Origin: Octopus sinensis
Lineage: Eukaryota
NCBI RefSeq assembly: GCF_006345805.1
Contig: NC_042997.1
Coordinates: 32,240,001-32,304,000 of the forward strand
Length of the DNA: 64,000 nucleotides
Reading direction: 5' to 3'
Numbering within the stretch: position 1 is the first letter of the stretch; each line of letters opens with the position of its first letter. Made by a program: the position numbers and the translations under genes. Under the pieces are notes generated by a model. The model worked only from the letters and a program-made list of their open reading frames with translations, searched no databases and was not told the DNA's origin. Below, piece after piece: positions 23,100-36,625 of this stretch.

Positions 23100-24130
23100 C
23101 TTGCTTGTTTTTAATTTAGGTTCTTCATTCCACTTGGTCTTCAGTGGTCAGAGGTTGAAAAGACATTTGTTGCTTGGTGTTGAATACATAAAACTGGCAG
23201 AGCTCTTACTACTTAAATGGCTTTGAGTGCCAGAGGGATTCAAATAGAGGAAGGGTAGATAAAAGGTGTTGCACAGAAAGTGGACGTGTGAAGTGTTATG
23301 TCAATTAGATGAGTGATCAGTTGATACAATGCCGCAGATGTTGATGGGCAAAGACTGATTGGAGGTGAGAAAGAGGTTGAGGCTATTTGTTGTATTAATG
23401 TGTCTGTTGGAGATACAGTTGGGTGAGAATATTGTGTTGACAGTTCAGAATAGTAAACAATTTTGTCTCTGTATCAGATATGTTAGTGTTGGGAGAAGTG
23501 TAAGAGCTAGAAACATACATTGAAGTTACAAAAGATGAAAACTTAAGAGAAAGGTGATGTTAGATGTTTTCAATGAAGAAAGTAATGGTCAAATAGTTCC
23601 TAGTGACTGATATGTCTATTGATTATGTGTTTTCTTACATGTAGTGATGGTGTATTTTTCTGATGGTGAAGTAGACTTGGTTGTCATATCCTTCTTTAAA
23701 ACAGGTTTTGAGGTTTTTGCACCTGGACAGAGTATTGATCTTGTGTAACATGTCTAAGTTGTGTATGGATGATGCTTATGTGTGAAGGATGGCATCATCT
23801 GGATAATGTGTGGTTTGAACTTAGAGTATGTCGTAAATATCCAAAAAGAAGAATGGACAAGATATAAACCTATCATGAGCTACACCAAATATGATAGTAT
23901 TTTAAATAGAGAAATCTGTTAGTTCATGCTGTACAAGAAGCTTCCATTTTGAGAAATAGGTGTAGCCATATGCAAGTAACTCAGCTAGGTGGTTCTTCTG
24001 ACAGGTATAATTGATGGTTTTGAGGACGTCAAAAGTAACAATCATACTTTTTTTATAGAGTTCCTGTGATGGTGATTTTGTTGGTGTCAAATGATGGGGA
24101 AACTGCTTCCAGTTATTAACTTTCTTTGGT
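23100..24130 (-). pseudogene. highly decayed LINE reverse-transcriptase remnant
   Basis: Minus-strand translation gives, in the expected order, IVTFDVLKTINYT (approx. LD..KAFDTV) and GVAHDRFISCPFFFLDIYDIL*VQTTHYPDD (approx. GVPQGS.LSP.LF..Y..D...YADD; YPDD at 23805-23794). Stops and frameshifts present. Confidence 0.55.
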
Positions 24131-26560
24131 GTTATAGGCAGTATTTTTCACTTGCACTGTTACAGTATGGCTGCTTGTGGATCACTTAGAATCTTTAGGG
24201 TTGTGGGCTTTGGTTGTGTGGGAGAAACATTGAAAAGTATACTGGGGAAGATATTTTCAATCACGAGATATGAAATAATAAATTCTGTTGAATTAGCACA
24301 AATTTTCTCTCTACACGATTTCTTGTCAGTTTTTATAAACGTATATCTCGTTTGTTAGCAAATTACATAGGAAGAGAAGAAAGAGAGAAAGGAAGAAAAA
24401 GAGATTATTTACAATGAAATAAATGATTTTTATATTTATTTCTTCATTTTATAGTAGTCTATGATGATATTTTATCATTTGAATTTAGGAAATATTTTTT
24501 TTTTATGATCATTACTTTATTTCTTAGTTGTAGAGTAGTTGATATTGACCCAACCCTGTACACACACACACACGTTCTGAAATCTTTATTTTGTCTAACC
24601 TTTGTCCATCGATTGTGTGGAACATATACTCAACATCCAATAAAACATCTTCTGGTTAATGTTATTAACTGATCAAAATCTAATAAATGTGACGTCTTGT
24701 TCTATTTTAAGTTTATATTTCTGTGGAACACGTGTATCAATGAATGCATACAGCACTGTGTATATGTGTGTGCAAATATGTCTCTTGGATACAAACAAGG
24801 TTGTATCATTAAGAAGTTTGCTTTGGAATTATGAAGTCCTGGGTTTGATCCCATGGTCTGGTATCTTTTATCAGCCTTGGATCAACCCAAGGCTTGTGAG
24901 TGAAATTGGGTTACTAGAAACTGTAAGAAACCATTACTCTATTAAAACTTGTGGGTATTTAAGCAATGTGTTCATGGATAGTTGATAGGGTGGATGAGGT
25001 ACTGATGAAAGGAAAATAATCCTTAAAATACGTATATACACCCACTGCTTATTTTTATATCTTCTATCACATTGTTTACATAGAAGTATTTGTTTACGAA
25101 ACATTATAACTTGCAGTGCTGGGTCTGAATTCTATAGAAAATCTATAGAGATCATATTAAAATGAAATTTAGGTGTTATTAACAAGTGATAAGGCACAGT
25201 ATTGACTTAATAAACTTATGATATACTTAGTTGTGTATTATTAGTGCAAATGAAATATTTCTGCTTTCTTAGTAATCAAACTGGACAGAAACTACTACTT
25301 GTAAGTCAGTGTCAGTATTGTTGCATATTATGTTAAGCAAATGTTAAGAGATGATTACATTAAAGCTACAAGCATCTGCAGAATACTCAACCACTTACAC
25401 ATAAATTCAATGAGTAGGTAGTTCAATTGCTCAAACTGTTGGAATACTAAGCATTGACACCAACTAGACTTATAATTATTTTATCAGCTTAGGAAGGATT
25501 TGAATTTAGAATGTCATGGAATACAACTAAACACCACAAAGCATTTTGTCTGTCAAGTGCAAGATAGATAATATTCAGAATCTCAGTTGGTCAGGCTTGG
25601 GAATCCAGCAGTATAGTGTAAACAATGCTGTGTCTGAGGCCTCTACATCTCAAGAGTAGTGGGCAGCAAAACTAGATGGAACTCTACCACTCCTTTGCAC
25701 TTCAATGATGATAATAATAATAATAATAATGATGATGATTTCAGTGACTTTTAAACATAAGTGGAAAGCTACAAATGTGTTTGTAGTCAATTACACTGGT
25801 CCCAGTACATGACTAGTACTTACTTATCAACCACATAACTAAATAACCATGAAGCATTTTCATCCAGCCATCAAGCATTAGTAATTATGACAGCAATATT
25901 TATACCAGATGCAGTCTTGTTAATTAATAACTACATCAGAAAAGATGCATAATGAAAACTGAAAGCTGATTGCAGTATTAGCTCTTTGAAGTCTTCTGGT
26001 GTTATTATTTATCTTTATCTCTACTGTTATAACAAATCACAGTCTCTTCTACCTGGTCCTGTTCTTCTGCTTCTATTTATCTCATTTCTATTAACCACTC
26101 TAGTTTGTGTTTGAATTATTTATGAAACAGAATCTTAACTATAAGATTATTTTTTAGACCATTAACCTCCTCTTTAGAGACAAAATTTCTTTGAATGTTT
26201 AATATTAAAACCTACACTATGGTTTGATCTCTGAATCTCATCTGGTGTTTTATTCCTGGATGTTTACATAAAACCAGATTGAATTTGAACTAGGGACCTT
26301 CATTACTACTCTCTTATCTTCTGTAATGTAATCATTATTATCAGTGTTTTGTTCCACTTGATTCCATTCTTTACTCTCTTTTTTTTTTTTACACTTTTGT
26401 AAAGATAACTTTTATTATCTTTACAAAGGAATTTTCAAATAAAAGAACAAGGTTGTTTGGAATTGAGGATTACTTTTCTGCTCTGATCATTTTACAAACA
26501 TGTTTGCAATCTGTTAAAGATTTCAATGAATTTCATTTTTTAAATTATATATTTTAACAT

Positions 26561-26961
26561 GAGTGGCTGTGTGGTAAGTGGCTTGCTAACCAACCACATG
26601 GTTCCGGGTTCAGTCCCACTGCATGGCACCTTGGGCAAGTGTCTTCTGCTATAGCCCCGGGCCGACCAATGCCTTGTGAGTGAATTTGGTAGACGGAAAC
26701 TGAAAGAAGCCTGTCGTATATATGTATATATATATATGTGTGTGTGTGTGTGTATGTGTTTGTTTGTCTGTGTTTGTCCCCCTAGCATTGCTTGACAACC
26801 GATGCTGGTGTGTTTACGTCCCCGTCACCTAGCGGTTCGGCAAAAGAGACCAATAGAATAAGTACTGGTCTTACAAAGAATAAATCCCGGGGTTGATTTG
26901 CTCGACTAAAGGCGGTGCTCCAGCATGGCCGCAGTCAAATGACTGAAACAAGTAAAAGAGT
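26561..26961 (+). mobile_element. SINE family B, full-length, CORE-like
   Basis: A box TGGCTGTGTGG, B box GGTTCAGTCCC, CORE-like GGCACCTTGGGCAAGTGTCTTC, internal (TA)(TG) microsatellite, 3' GAAACAAGTAAAAGAG. Probably one of the published octopus tRNA-SINE families (OK/OR1/OR2); exact assignment cannot be checked here. Confidence 0.88.
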
Positions 26962-27539
26962 ATATGTGTATGTATTTGTTTTAAAGCTAGAGAGGTGTAT
27001 TGAATAAGGAGTTATAATGAGTTATTGTTTTAGTTCATTTTGTATCTTCTATTTCTAAGTTTGAATTCTGCATTTCAAACCTCATTTATCATTTTTTTTC
27101 CCTTTACTATTTAGCATAAAACTATTGAGGGAAACTTTTGTTGATTTACATTAACATTCTAACTGCTGAATTCTGTAAGTTTGGAAACTGTTATAAGCTG
27201 GGCTGACAGATGAAAGCTGAGATATATTTCTTCTCCAGAGAAACAGTCTGTTATCAGTATAAGTATGGTTTGAACTGCTTAGTAGTTCAGAATTATAACT
27301 TCTGAGATTCATGAAATAAGTACCTATAAGGTATAGGATGTCAAAGCCAGTTAATCTCTGTCTCACATAGCAACATACCTTATGCATCCAGGAAAGGTGT
27401 TCTTGTAACATATTTAATGTTTCTTTAATTCATAGAAGTTTATAAGGGCTGGTGCTTAGGTCTGGTTTCATGACATTACGTAGATGAGGGATAAATCTCC
27501 CTCTGGATAGGACATTAGTCTTTCACAGTTAGCATTCCT

Positions 27540-27571
<32 letters not shown>

Positions 27572-27592
27572 CGTGTGCGTGCGCGTGCGTAA

Positions 27593-27815
27593 AATTTTAT
27601 CTTGTTTCAGTCATTAGATTGTCATCATGCTGGGGCATCATCTTGAAGAAGTTTTTGTCAAATAAATTGTCCCCACCACTTTTTTTTTTATTTTTTTAAA
27701 ACCTGTTACTTATTCTATTAGTCTCCTTTGCTGAACTGCTAAGTTATGAGGGTGTAAACAAACCAACTCTGTTTGTCAAGCAGTGGTGGGCAACAAACAC
27801 AGACACAAAGACACA
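27593..27815 (-). mobile_element. SINE family B, old 3' half
   Basis: CTTGTTTCAGTCATT...CATGCTGGGGCA...GTCAAGCAGTGGTGGGCAACAAACACAGACAC. Confidence 0.7.
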
Positions 27816-28229
27816 CACACACACATATATTTAAATAGAGGTTAAAATAGCCTCATTAAGGAATAAAAATATCCAATGAATTACTGGTTCATTGCCTATT
27901 ATTTTTTATGAATCGTAATATTCATAAAATAATAAGTTTAACTCTTGGTTTATAAATATTCAAATTAAAATTCAGAAAATGGAGATGTAGTGTTAATATA
28001 ATTTATTAACTGCAAAAAAATTCAGTGTTTTCTTACAGCTGTTTCGATTTTACCCAAAGAATTAAATTCAGTAATTAAATCATCGTATTGGACAAAATTT
28101 TGCCCGAAAATATTGTAGAAAACATATGCCAAGTTTTCTGAATTTCTCATATCCTACCTTCCAGAGCATCTCCACCTTCTCTGCTATCTTTCCTACATGT
28201 ACCGCACTCTTTTATTTCATCTCCTTCCT

Positions 28230-29215
28230 TATCTTCCCTCAACCACCCCTACCCTCCTTCTTTGCTACTAGTCTCTCTATTTTTGTTTTTCTTATATTTC
28301 TACATCTTTACTCATTCTAGCTTCTTTTCCCTTATTACTTTTTCTTTCTCTCATTCTCTGCATCTATATCTGTTTCTATACATTTCTCACTCTATGTCTC
28401 TCTTGCTCTTTGTATCTATATCTCTCCTTATATGTTTCGCTTTTGCTTTCTTACTATCAGTTTCTCTCTCTCACTCTATTTCTTTCTCTTTTTTACTCTC
28501 TCTTTACCTCGTTTTCTATTCAAAATGTTCTCCATTAAAACAATCCTTTTAAACTGTCATAATCTACTGACAGATAATATCTATACATGTGCTCCAATAA
28601 AGAACTAATATTGCACACACACATGCACATGTACTCACAATATACACAAATGAACACATACACTACCAGGTACGCACACATGTGCATTGACATGCACCCG
28701 TACACACAGAGATATGTTTGCCAACACACACACACACCCAGACATGTTCACTAACATATACACCAATAGTTGTGTGCAGACATACCAACATGCATCTTCT
28801 CAGACACATAGCATTTGTACATGCACTGATATGCACACACACATGCAAACACATTCACACAAATCATCTGCATGAAAGCATACGTGCATATATTTACACA
28901 CATGCACAAACGCAACATCTATGAAAACACACAAACGTATATGCAAATGATACATGAAAAGTACAGTCACCTGTACACCCCCACCTGAATCTACACAGTA
29001 TATGCAAATGATATAAATCAAGCACAATTGTAAGTGCACATATACACATGCATGAAATCTGCACACAGATGCATATTATTCGAATACATGCACTTTTACA
29101 TATGTTCTCTCACACATGCACAACTCTATAGACGTATGTACATATTCCTATATTCAGATGTTTTCTCTCTCTTACACATGCATGCATGCATGCACACATG
29201 CATATGCACAGTCTG
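28230..29215. repeat. low-complexity CT-rich then decayed CA/CATG-rich tract
   Basis: Visible composition; source of several spurious H/T/C/V-rich ORFs. Confidence 0.8.
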
Positions 29216-29530
29216 TATTTAGAAGACAACTGGATGAAATCGTCAAGTGTAGACAAATGTTTTACCTACATACTTTCACTATGTTGATATAATAATGAGC
29301 TATTTGTGCAGTTGAGACCAAAAAAAAACCAAAAAGAAAAAGAAAATGAATTAAATCAAACATATCTACTAATGTATCATCATCATCATCATTATTGTCA
29401 TCATTGTCATAGATTTTGGACTGCTTTGTTTTCTTTTTCTTTTTTATTTCCCGCTGCAGTAATTTCTTTGCGTTCTTCTCTACATAGATATTACTTGAAA
29501 TGAAATGAAATGAAACTACTTATTTGCTCT

Positions 29531-29566
<36 letters not shown>

Positions 29567-29770
29567 GACGAGATACTTATTACTTTTCTAAGATTTCTTT
29601 TTAATTTATATTTTGAGACTACTTTTACCCCTCTCTATACTTTCTTCATTTTCATTCTTTCCTTCCCCATTTTTCATTCTTCGTTCTTCTTATTTGACAT
29701 ACTTATTTGATGTACTTCAAGATGTGATTAAGAGATTACAAAAAATAATAATAATAATAATAATAATAAT

Positions 29771-30108
29771 ATCAAAAAGAAAGAGGATGAAAAACAAAAA
29801 AATTTACAATCCCTTAAAATTTGAAATAGGAAGAATTTGGAGTATGAAAACTGTAAAGGTGGTGTCTATAATAACTGGTGCATTGGAACAGTAAGCAAAG
29901 ATATAGACAAATGGCTGAAGGGGATTGGAATAGAAGTTCCAGTAGAGCTCCTACAGAAAGTTTGTCTCTTAGGGACAGCAAGGATTATCAAGAGGGTTCT
30001 AAGCACTTGAAAGACTACTGAAAACTTGTGGATACCTAAGGTTACAGGTAGTAACCTGCTACCCACATAAATCCTTCCAGGAATAAGACTGAACCTGTGT
30101 CAAACCAA
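29771..30108 (+). pseudogene. 5'-truncated R4/Dong-type non-LTR retrotransposon (REL-domain C-terminus and 3' UTR) inside an (AAT)n tract
   Basis: With two frameshifts reads KEDEK..YNPLKFEIGRIWSMKTVKVVSIITGAL(G)TVSKDIDKWLKGIGIEVPVELLQKVCLLGTARIIKRVLST* (TGA 30008-30010). (AAT)n lies at 29744-29770 and again after 30108. Confidence 0.85.
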
Positions 30109-30192
30109 ATAATAATAAGGATAATAATGATAACAATAATTCTATTAAAAAAAAAAACCCTGTCTTTGAGTTTACCATTTAGACTGTATTAA

Positions 30193-30412
30193 CCCTTTCG
30201 TTACTGTGTTTATTTTGAGATGCTCTGTGTTTCTTTCAATTACTTTAAATCTAACAAAGAATTTAGTAAAATAACTTAGTTATCATTAAGCTAGTATTAG
30301 GAATATAAGTTGTGACTAAGGTTTGGTGGAAGATTTTAATTCAACACTTATGAAAACAAGACATTTGTACTCAGAGCCAGAGCCGGTTTCAGCCGGGTTG
30401 GTAATGAAAGGG
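30193..30412. mobile_element. piggyBac-like MITE family 1
   Basis: TTAA at 30189-30192 and 30413-30416; CCCTTTCGTTAC...GTAATGAAAGGG; about 220 bp, like 1222-1443. Confidence 0.88.
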
Positions 30413-30680
30413 TTAATTTATAGCTTAACCAATATCATCCTTTACACTAAGATTCTTAAAAAGATTATGAAACAGCAAGAAGAAATTCAAAATTATATTA
30501 GGAAGCTACTGATGATGGAAATAGTAAAGAACATGTTTTGAGTTTTCCCAAATAATCATCTTCAGTGATATTAGAGTTCGACAGAGCTAGCTTTAGCAAC
30601 AAGGCTTTATTAGATATGAGCCATCAAAGGAGATTTTTTATGTGGTTACGCTTAGCCTGTTATAGATTAAATGCCAAAAT

Positions 30681-30893
30681 AAGGTGGTGAGCTGGTTAAT
30701 ACTGTTAGCATGTCAGAGGAGATGCTTGGCATTTTGCTCTTTTTACATTCTGAGTTCAAATTCAACCAAGGTTGATTTTTGCCTTTCATCCGTTCAGGGT
30801 TGATCAAATAAGCAGCACCAGTCAATACTGGGGGTCAATGTAATCAATTTCCTCTCCCCTCAAAAGCTGTTGGCCTTGTGTCAAAATTTTGAA
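30681..30893 (+). mobile_element. SINE family C, older subfamily
   Basis: AAGGTGGTGAGCTGG...TTCTGAGTTCAAATTC...TTGCCTTTCATCC...GGCCTTGTGTCAAAATTTTGAA. Similar copies at about 32045-32222(-), 41392-41583(+), 50690-50815(-), 52477-52695(+) and 55880-56100(-). Confidence 0.7.
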
Positions 30894-32558
30894 TCCATAA
30901 ATTAAATGCTAAACTTCACTCAAATAAAGCCCTACTGGCTTTTAAAAAAAAGGCTCAGGTTGAGGTGGGTGGCTAGACAGACAAAAAAGGAGTTTTTTTC
31001 AAACCAATGATGAATTCTTGTGAGCTAAACAGGGAACCTGGACATAGTTGCTTGATCTGCTAGAAATAACAGCTTAATCTCACTCAAATGTCTCTCTATA
31101 ACTTAAAAAAAGAGTACACATTGGATGGTGTTGATACATATATTATCTGAAATTAAGAGAAAAGAAAAGAGAAGGATAGTTGTGGCTGTTAACATTTTTG
31201 ATTGTAGGTCTGCTTGGCCTGAACTAACCAAGGGGCTGAACAACAACAACTACAAAAAATAAATAAATGAACAAAACAAAGACTTTTTTTTTGTAGCTAA
31301 CAAGACTGTCTGTATATGAGTGCTTGGCCTGCTACAAATAACAGCTAAGTCTCTCTCAGACCCCCACCCCAGTAGCTTTAAAAGGAAGAACACACTGGTT
31401 GGTGTAGTCTTAGATAAACTGTAAGAAGCTGGGATACCTCTGATTAGAAATCAGCTGCATCAAGCCTAGCTGGAAGCAAAAGCTATGATAGCAGCATTGA
31501 TTTTGTTGCTGTTGTTTAAATCTATTATTTACATTCCTATTTGCAGAGAGGAGAATTTATTATTTTTTTTTTAGCAATAATTCTTACCTTATTGGTTGGT
31601 AACCATTCAAAAGTTAGGGGTTTTTTAATTTTTTTTTTTTTTTTAGTCAGTCTAGCCAACCAGAACAAGTAGTGTTCTATATCTTGTTCAAGGAGTGCAA
31701 CACAACTGCAATAAGAAGACCATATGGAACTTAAAACCTGATAATCAATTTTCCAGTATCTTAACTTTACAGGTAGACTTAAATAATCCTGTCTCTTGAA
31801 AACGTGCTGCTATTACAGTTACAGAAGTATTAGTGAGAGATTGACACAATGTTCCACTTTCTTTGTTCAATCAGCATAGGAGCTTCTACTGTCTTTCAGC
31901 CTGTTGTATCAGCAGCTAAATCTCCTTTAACAATCTACCTACCAACTAGGGTAAAAAAAAAAAAAAATAAAAAAAAGGATAGAAAAAAAAAAAGCCTGAA
32001 TCTTAATTTTCAATATGATCTTTTCTACAATAGGCGGAGGGCTAGATGTTTTGCGGGAGGAGGCTAGTTGATTACATTGACCTCAGTGCTCAACTGGTGC
32101 TTTTTTCATTGACACCAAAAGAATGAAAGGTGAAATCAACCGTGGTAGAATTTGAACTCAGAGCATAAATTATGTTAAGCATTTTGTCGAGTGTGCTAAT
32201 GATTCTGCCAGCTTGCCACTCCAAATTCTTAATATGGCAAGTTGTGCATGGCCTGACTAACAAACAAGCCAACTATAGAGTTTGGTGTAAGGTACTTAAA
32301 TCTATAATAGTGTCCACAGTGTGGTCAGGAAATAGATTGAGTCATAGCATTTTTGGGAACCATGTTATATGTTCTAGCAAAGATGACTGGTTGTTTTCAA
32401 ATGTCATTGAAATATGACTGAAATCTCTCAATTCCTGAGCCATTTAAATATGTAATACAATCATATTTTATGGCAAATGTATAACAAGTACAAAATGTAC
32501 AGTGTTTGCTGTGAGGTAGCTGGGACAGATGCTGTATAACAAGTGACCCAGAATATAG

Positions 32559-32950
32559 TGATTGTGTGGTAAGAAACTTGCTTCCCAGCCATGTGGTTCT
32601 GGTATCAATCCCACTGTGTTGCACCTTGGTTGAGTGTCTTCTGTTATAGCCTTCAGCCTATCAAAACCTTGTGAGTGGGTTCAATAGACAGAAACTGAAA
32701 GAGGCCCATCATTTATTATGTAATATACGTTTGTGTGTGACTTTGTGTCTGTGTTTGTCCCCCATCACTGCTTGACAACCAATGTTGGTGTGTTTACATC
32801 CCTGTAACTTAGCATTTCAGCAAAAAGAGGCCGATAGAGTATGTACCAGGCTTAATAAAAAATAAGTACTGGAGTTGATTCATTTCACTAAAAATTCTTC
32901 AAGATAGTGCCCCAGCATGGCTGCAGTCCAATGACTGAAACAAGTAAGAG
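32559..32950 (+). mobile_element. SINE family B, older full-length copy
   Basis: Collinear with 26561-26961 from head to GACTGAAACAAGTAAGAG. Confidence 0.8.
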
Positions 32951-33850
32951 ATGAAAGGCAGTAGCAGCTGTATTTGCAGTTGGGATAATTGCAGCTTAAA
33001 AGTACACTCTCTCATCAAAATGTCTCTCAGTCAGCTCTTTATTTCAAAAGTTTATTAATGATAGTATGATGAGTGGAGGAAAGTGACAAAAACCACTTCA
33101 AAAAATGTAGAATGAAGAGGCTAATCAAATCACTTTGTCACTCTGGCTACTGACCTACAGTCAACACCTCAATGATGAGAAATTGTAGCTGTTTACTTGA
33201 TCTCCTAAAAGTAGGAGCCAAATTACCCTCAAATCACACTCTACATTAGATAATGTTTTCTTGTAGAAGCCCCCAAAAACAGGATGGTTACAATTGAAAT
33301 GTTTTTCATCATAGATTTGCTTAATCAGGACTGGCTCAAGACTAAACAGTGATCCTTTACTGCTTGGGAGACTATCCCCACTCTCGCCTTTTTTAAAACT
33401 TCTTTTTCTTTCAGCCAAAGTGTCAATCCCAAACTGTCACCATTCTCTTCTTCCTCCCTATCCTCAACAACATACAAGCTTATTCGGATTTATGAACTTT
33501 TCTAAATATGATTATTAAGCTGATTTAAACCTCCCATTGTTCCCATCATTCCATTATACTGTATGTCGCTCTGATTATTTTAGAATTTTTCACAATTAGA
33601 GCATGTTAAAAGTAAAATAGTGAAGGAATGTGTGTACACATGTATGCACATATGTAAGGCATAGCCATGACTGTGTGATTGAGAAATTCACTTACTAATC
33701 AAGCGGCCTTCAGGTCAGTTCCACCTTGGGCAGGTGTCATCTACAAAAGCTCCAGACTAACCCAAGCCTTGTGACTAGATTTGGTAGACAGAAGCTTCAA
33801 GAAGCACATCGTGTGCGTGTGTGTGTTTTTGTATGTATACACACACACAC

Positions 33851-34134
33851 GGCCTAGTTGTTAGTGTCACATTCACGATCACGAGATCATGGTTTCAATT
33901 CCTAGACCAGGTGGTGCATTGTGTTCTTGAGCCAAACACTTATCTCACGTTGCTCTGCGATCACTTTGACACCTGATGCATGGTACACAGTGCAGCTGTT
34001 CAGACGATGTTGATTTGATGGAGAGAGTAAGTTAATATGCAGCACAAACATTTGATCACTGTAAACAAATCTTTCGTGCAGGTCATTTGGTAATAGTTGA
34101 AAGCTCATACATTGTCTTCAACATGAGAGTCCAT

Positions 34135-34137
<3 letters not shown>
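33851..34137 (+). mobile_element. tRNA-derived SINE (different tail)
   Basis: Head GGCCTAGTTGTTAGTGTCACATTCACGATCACGAGATCATGGTTTCAATTCCTAGACC, then TTCTTGAGCCAAACACTTATCTCACGTTGCTC. Confidence 0.65.
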
Positions 34138-34195
<58 letters not shown>

Positions 34196-34199
34196 GTGA

Positions 34200-34405
34200 T
34201 CTCTAGAGCACCACCAGCAAAAAAATTTTTTTCCTCTGTCTTCCCTTCTCGGGATCTTTCCTTCTCCTTTGTTTCCGACGAAGAGCTCCGCTCAAAACAT
34301 TAAACCCTCCTTCCCTTCTTTCCTGAGCGTCAATAATACTTTAATTGTTCCACGTCCTCGCGTTGCTGTGTTTTTTTTCTGTGTTTTCTTGTTTGGATTA
34401 ACCTT
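34200..34405 (+). mobile_element. probable Penelope-like-element terminal fragment carrying a degenerate minimal hammerhead ribozyme (34271-34305)
   Basis: GTTT-CCGACGA-A-GAGC-TCC-GCTC-AAAAC-AT-T-AAAC has the layout of minimal type I hammerheads of Penelope-like elements, with intact stems I and II but three core substitutions. Flanked by (CA)n/(TA)n. Confidence 0.55.
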
Positions 34406-34587
34406 ATATATATATATACATACACACACACATAGACGTGTGTATGTGTGCTTCTGTATGAAACTGTCAGTGCTTCCATTCTGCACTTAGCATAGAAATG
34501 ACTGAACAAGGGACAGTGAGGTTTGTTGACATTTCCTTGTCAACAAATTATTAGGTAGTTGAGTCAAGTGAAACCATAGTTGTGGCC

Positions 34588-34799
34588 AATACCAGTGCCA
34601 CCTGACTGGCCCCTGTGCCAGTGACACATAAAAAGCACCCACTACACTCTCAGGGTGGTTGGCATTAGGAAGGGCATCCAACTTTAGAAACCTTGCCAGA
34701 TCAGATTGGAGCCTGGTGCCACCTCCTGGCTTGCCAGTCCTCAGTCAAACTGTCCAATCCATGCCAGTATGGAAAGTGGACGTTAAATGGTGATGATGA

Positions 34800-34803
<4 letters not shown>
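34588..34803 (+). mobile_element. Family A retroposon (one hairpin module and terminal module)
   Basis: ACCAGTGCCACCTGACTGGCCCCTGTGCCAGTGACACATAAAAAGCACCCACTACAC...AGGAAGGGCATCC...(GAT)n. Confidence 0.85.
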
Positions 34804-34838
<35 letters not shown>

Positions 34839-36625
34839 TGCATGAATTAATCCTTTATAGCTACAGGCTACAATATGACTTTGATATTTTGATTACACGG
34901 CGAATGTGGACAAATATTTAGGTATGGATCTTGAATTACACAATTACACACAAGTTTTGGTTAAAGGAGGAATCTTCACATACACACATACTAGCTACGG
35001 TTGCACCTGATACTTTTTGTTACTCATGCTTCAAGCTTTCTCTCCCAAGAAAGTTCAATGAATATTTTTCTCTGAATGTTTTCTTTCTATGGGTCATTTC
35101 CTGGTGGTATGACCTAACAACACTACAGCTGCTTTTTGTTTGTCACTTTAATCTTTTGATGTTCTACTTGATACAGTTAACACGAAGGGAGTCATTATGA
35201 CTTCATCATGTACATCTCATACACTCAGTCTGTCAGGGTAGCCACATTATGTATTTATTATTTATCAAACAATGTGGCCTGCATATCCTGTCTCTGGTGG
35301 AAATAGTATAAAATAGTTCAGGCATCTTGTTGGTGTTGCTTGTAGACATTGATGTCTTTAATGTAATATTGTAGTTATATTTTTCAAATTTTCTTTATTT
35401 ATCTATGAGTTATTACTAGTAACAAAGGTAATTTCATAGTTGTCATGGCACAGTCAATTCTTTTCTCTCTACAGAGAAACAAATAGTTTTTATGCAGAAT
35501 GTCATTTTAATTAGATTAAAATGATGGCATTCTCTGAAGAGTAGTTGAATCATTTTCTTATCAGTTTTTCCAACTGACAATATGATATGAACCAGAATGA
35601 TTGTAAACAACTTATCCATATTAAGTTGTCAGGAAACTCTGTAGTCTAGAAAAATATCTTCTCAACGTCACTGTCATAGTCAACCTTACCATCTTCACCA
35701 TTACTATTGCCATCATCATCATCATCATCATCACTCAGCAAGTCCCATCAACACAACCATCATCATGCCATACCACAGTGAAATCTAAAACTTGCCGAAA
35801 GATTGATTAAGATGACCAATATAAAAATGAGGAATAATTCTGTCGTTATACGAAGATATATTCATTACCATCAGAGCCATCGATGGTTTCAAAAACCACG
35901 GAGAATTAAAATGTCTCTAACCTACTTGTTTGGAGTATTTTCAAATTGTGACATTTTTTCAACATTGTCAAAGCTGCTTCTGTTACAATTACTTGACCTA
36001 CTCAATGTAGCAATCCAAATTTACTTTTTCACATAAACACTTTTAAAATGAAGACTGCTTGTGTTTTATTCCTGAATCAATTTTGTTATATCTACCTGGT
36101 TATAAAGATAGTTTGAGCAAGAGAGGGAGGCTGATCAAAAACTGAAATTAGACCTAAACTGATGAGTTATGTATTTAAATATTTTGCAAACTGGGTGTAT
36201 TGAATTACCTGTGTACTTTCTAAGCATTTGATCAGCTTACATACATTCTGCAGAGTTGTTCAAGGGACTATTACTCAAGAAGAGCAAAAACTTTAAGGAG
36301 TGTGAGACTCTTCAAAAGGAATACTCTCTGCCCAACAAGAAACATCAGCTTATGTCAACCTCATAGTTATTTGAATGAAATGAAGATGATTCACCATAGT
36401 AGAGCTTGTAAATTCAAACTCTGAATACAGAATAAACACACACCCAAGGACAAGCATAACCTTTTCCACAAACAGTTCAAAGATCTTTCATTATAAACAG
36501 CAGGCCCTTAGCTGCTAAACATTGTAATTATTACAATTTAGCTTATTTGTACATTTTTGCCAGCCAGCCAGCCAACTTTTTATCCTTTGGCAAATTCATA
36601 TGCATTTATTATCCTTTTAAGTACT

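Noticed and set aside
28600-29215. Clusters of TGCATG/YCAY (RBFOX/NOVA-like motifs)
   Set aside because: Expected by-products of decayed (CA)n/(TG)n repeats, with no nearby supported exon.
33161-33418. 85-aa minus-strand ORF MAERKRSF... with an apparent donor
   Set aside because: Most of it (about 33190-33350) is an antisense reading of a family G repeat, and it starts at TTG.
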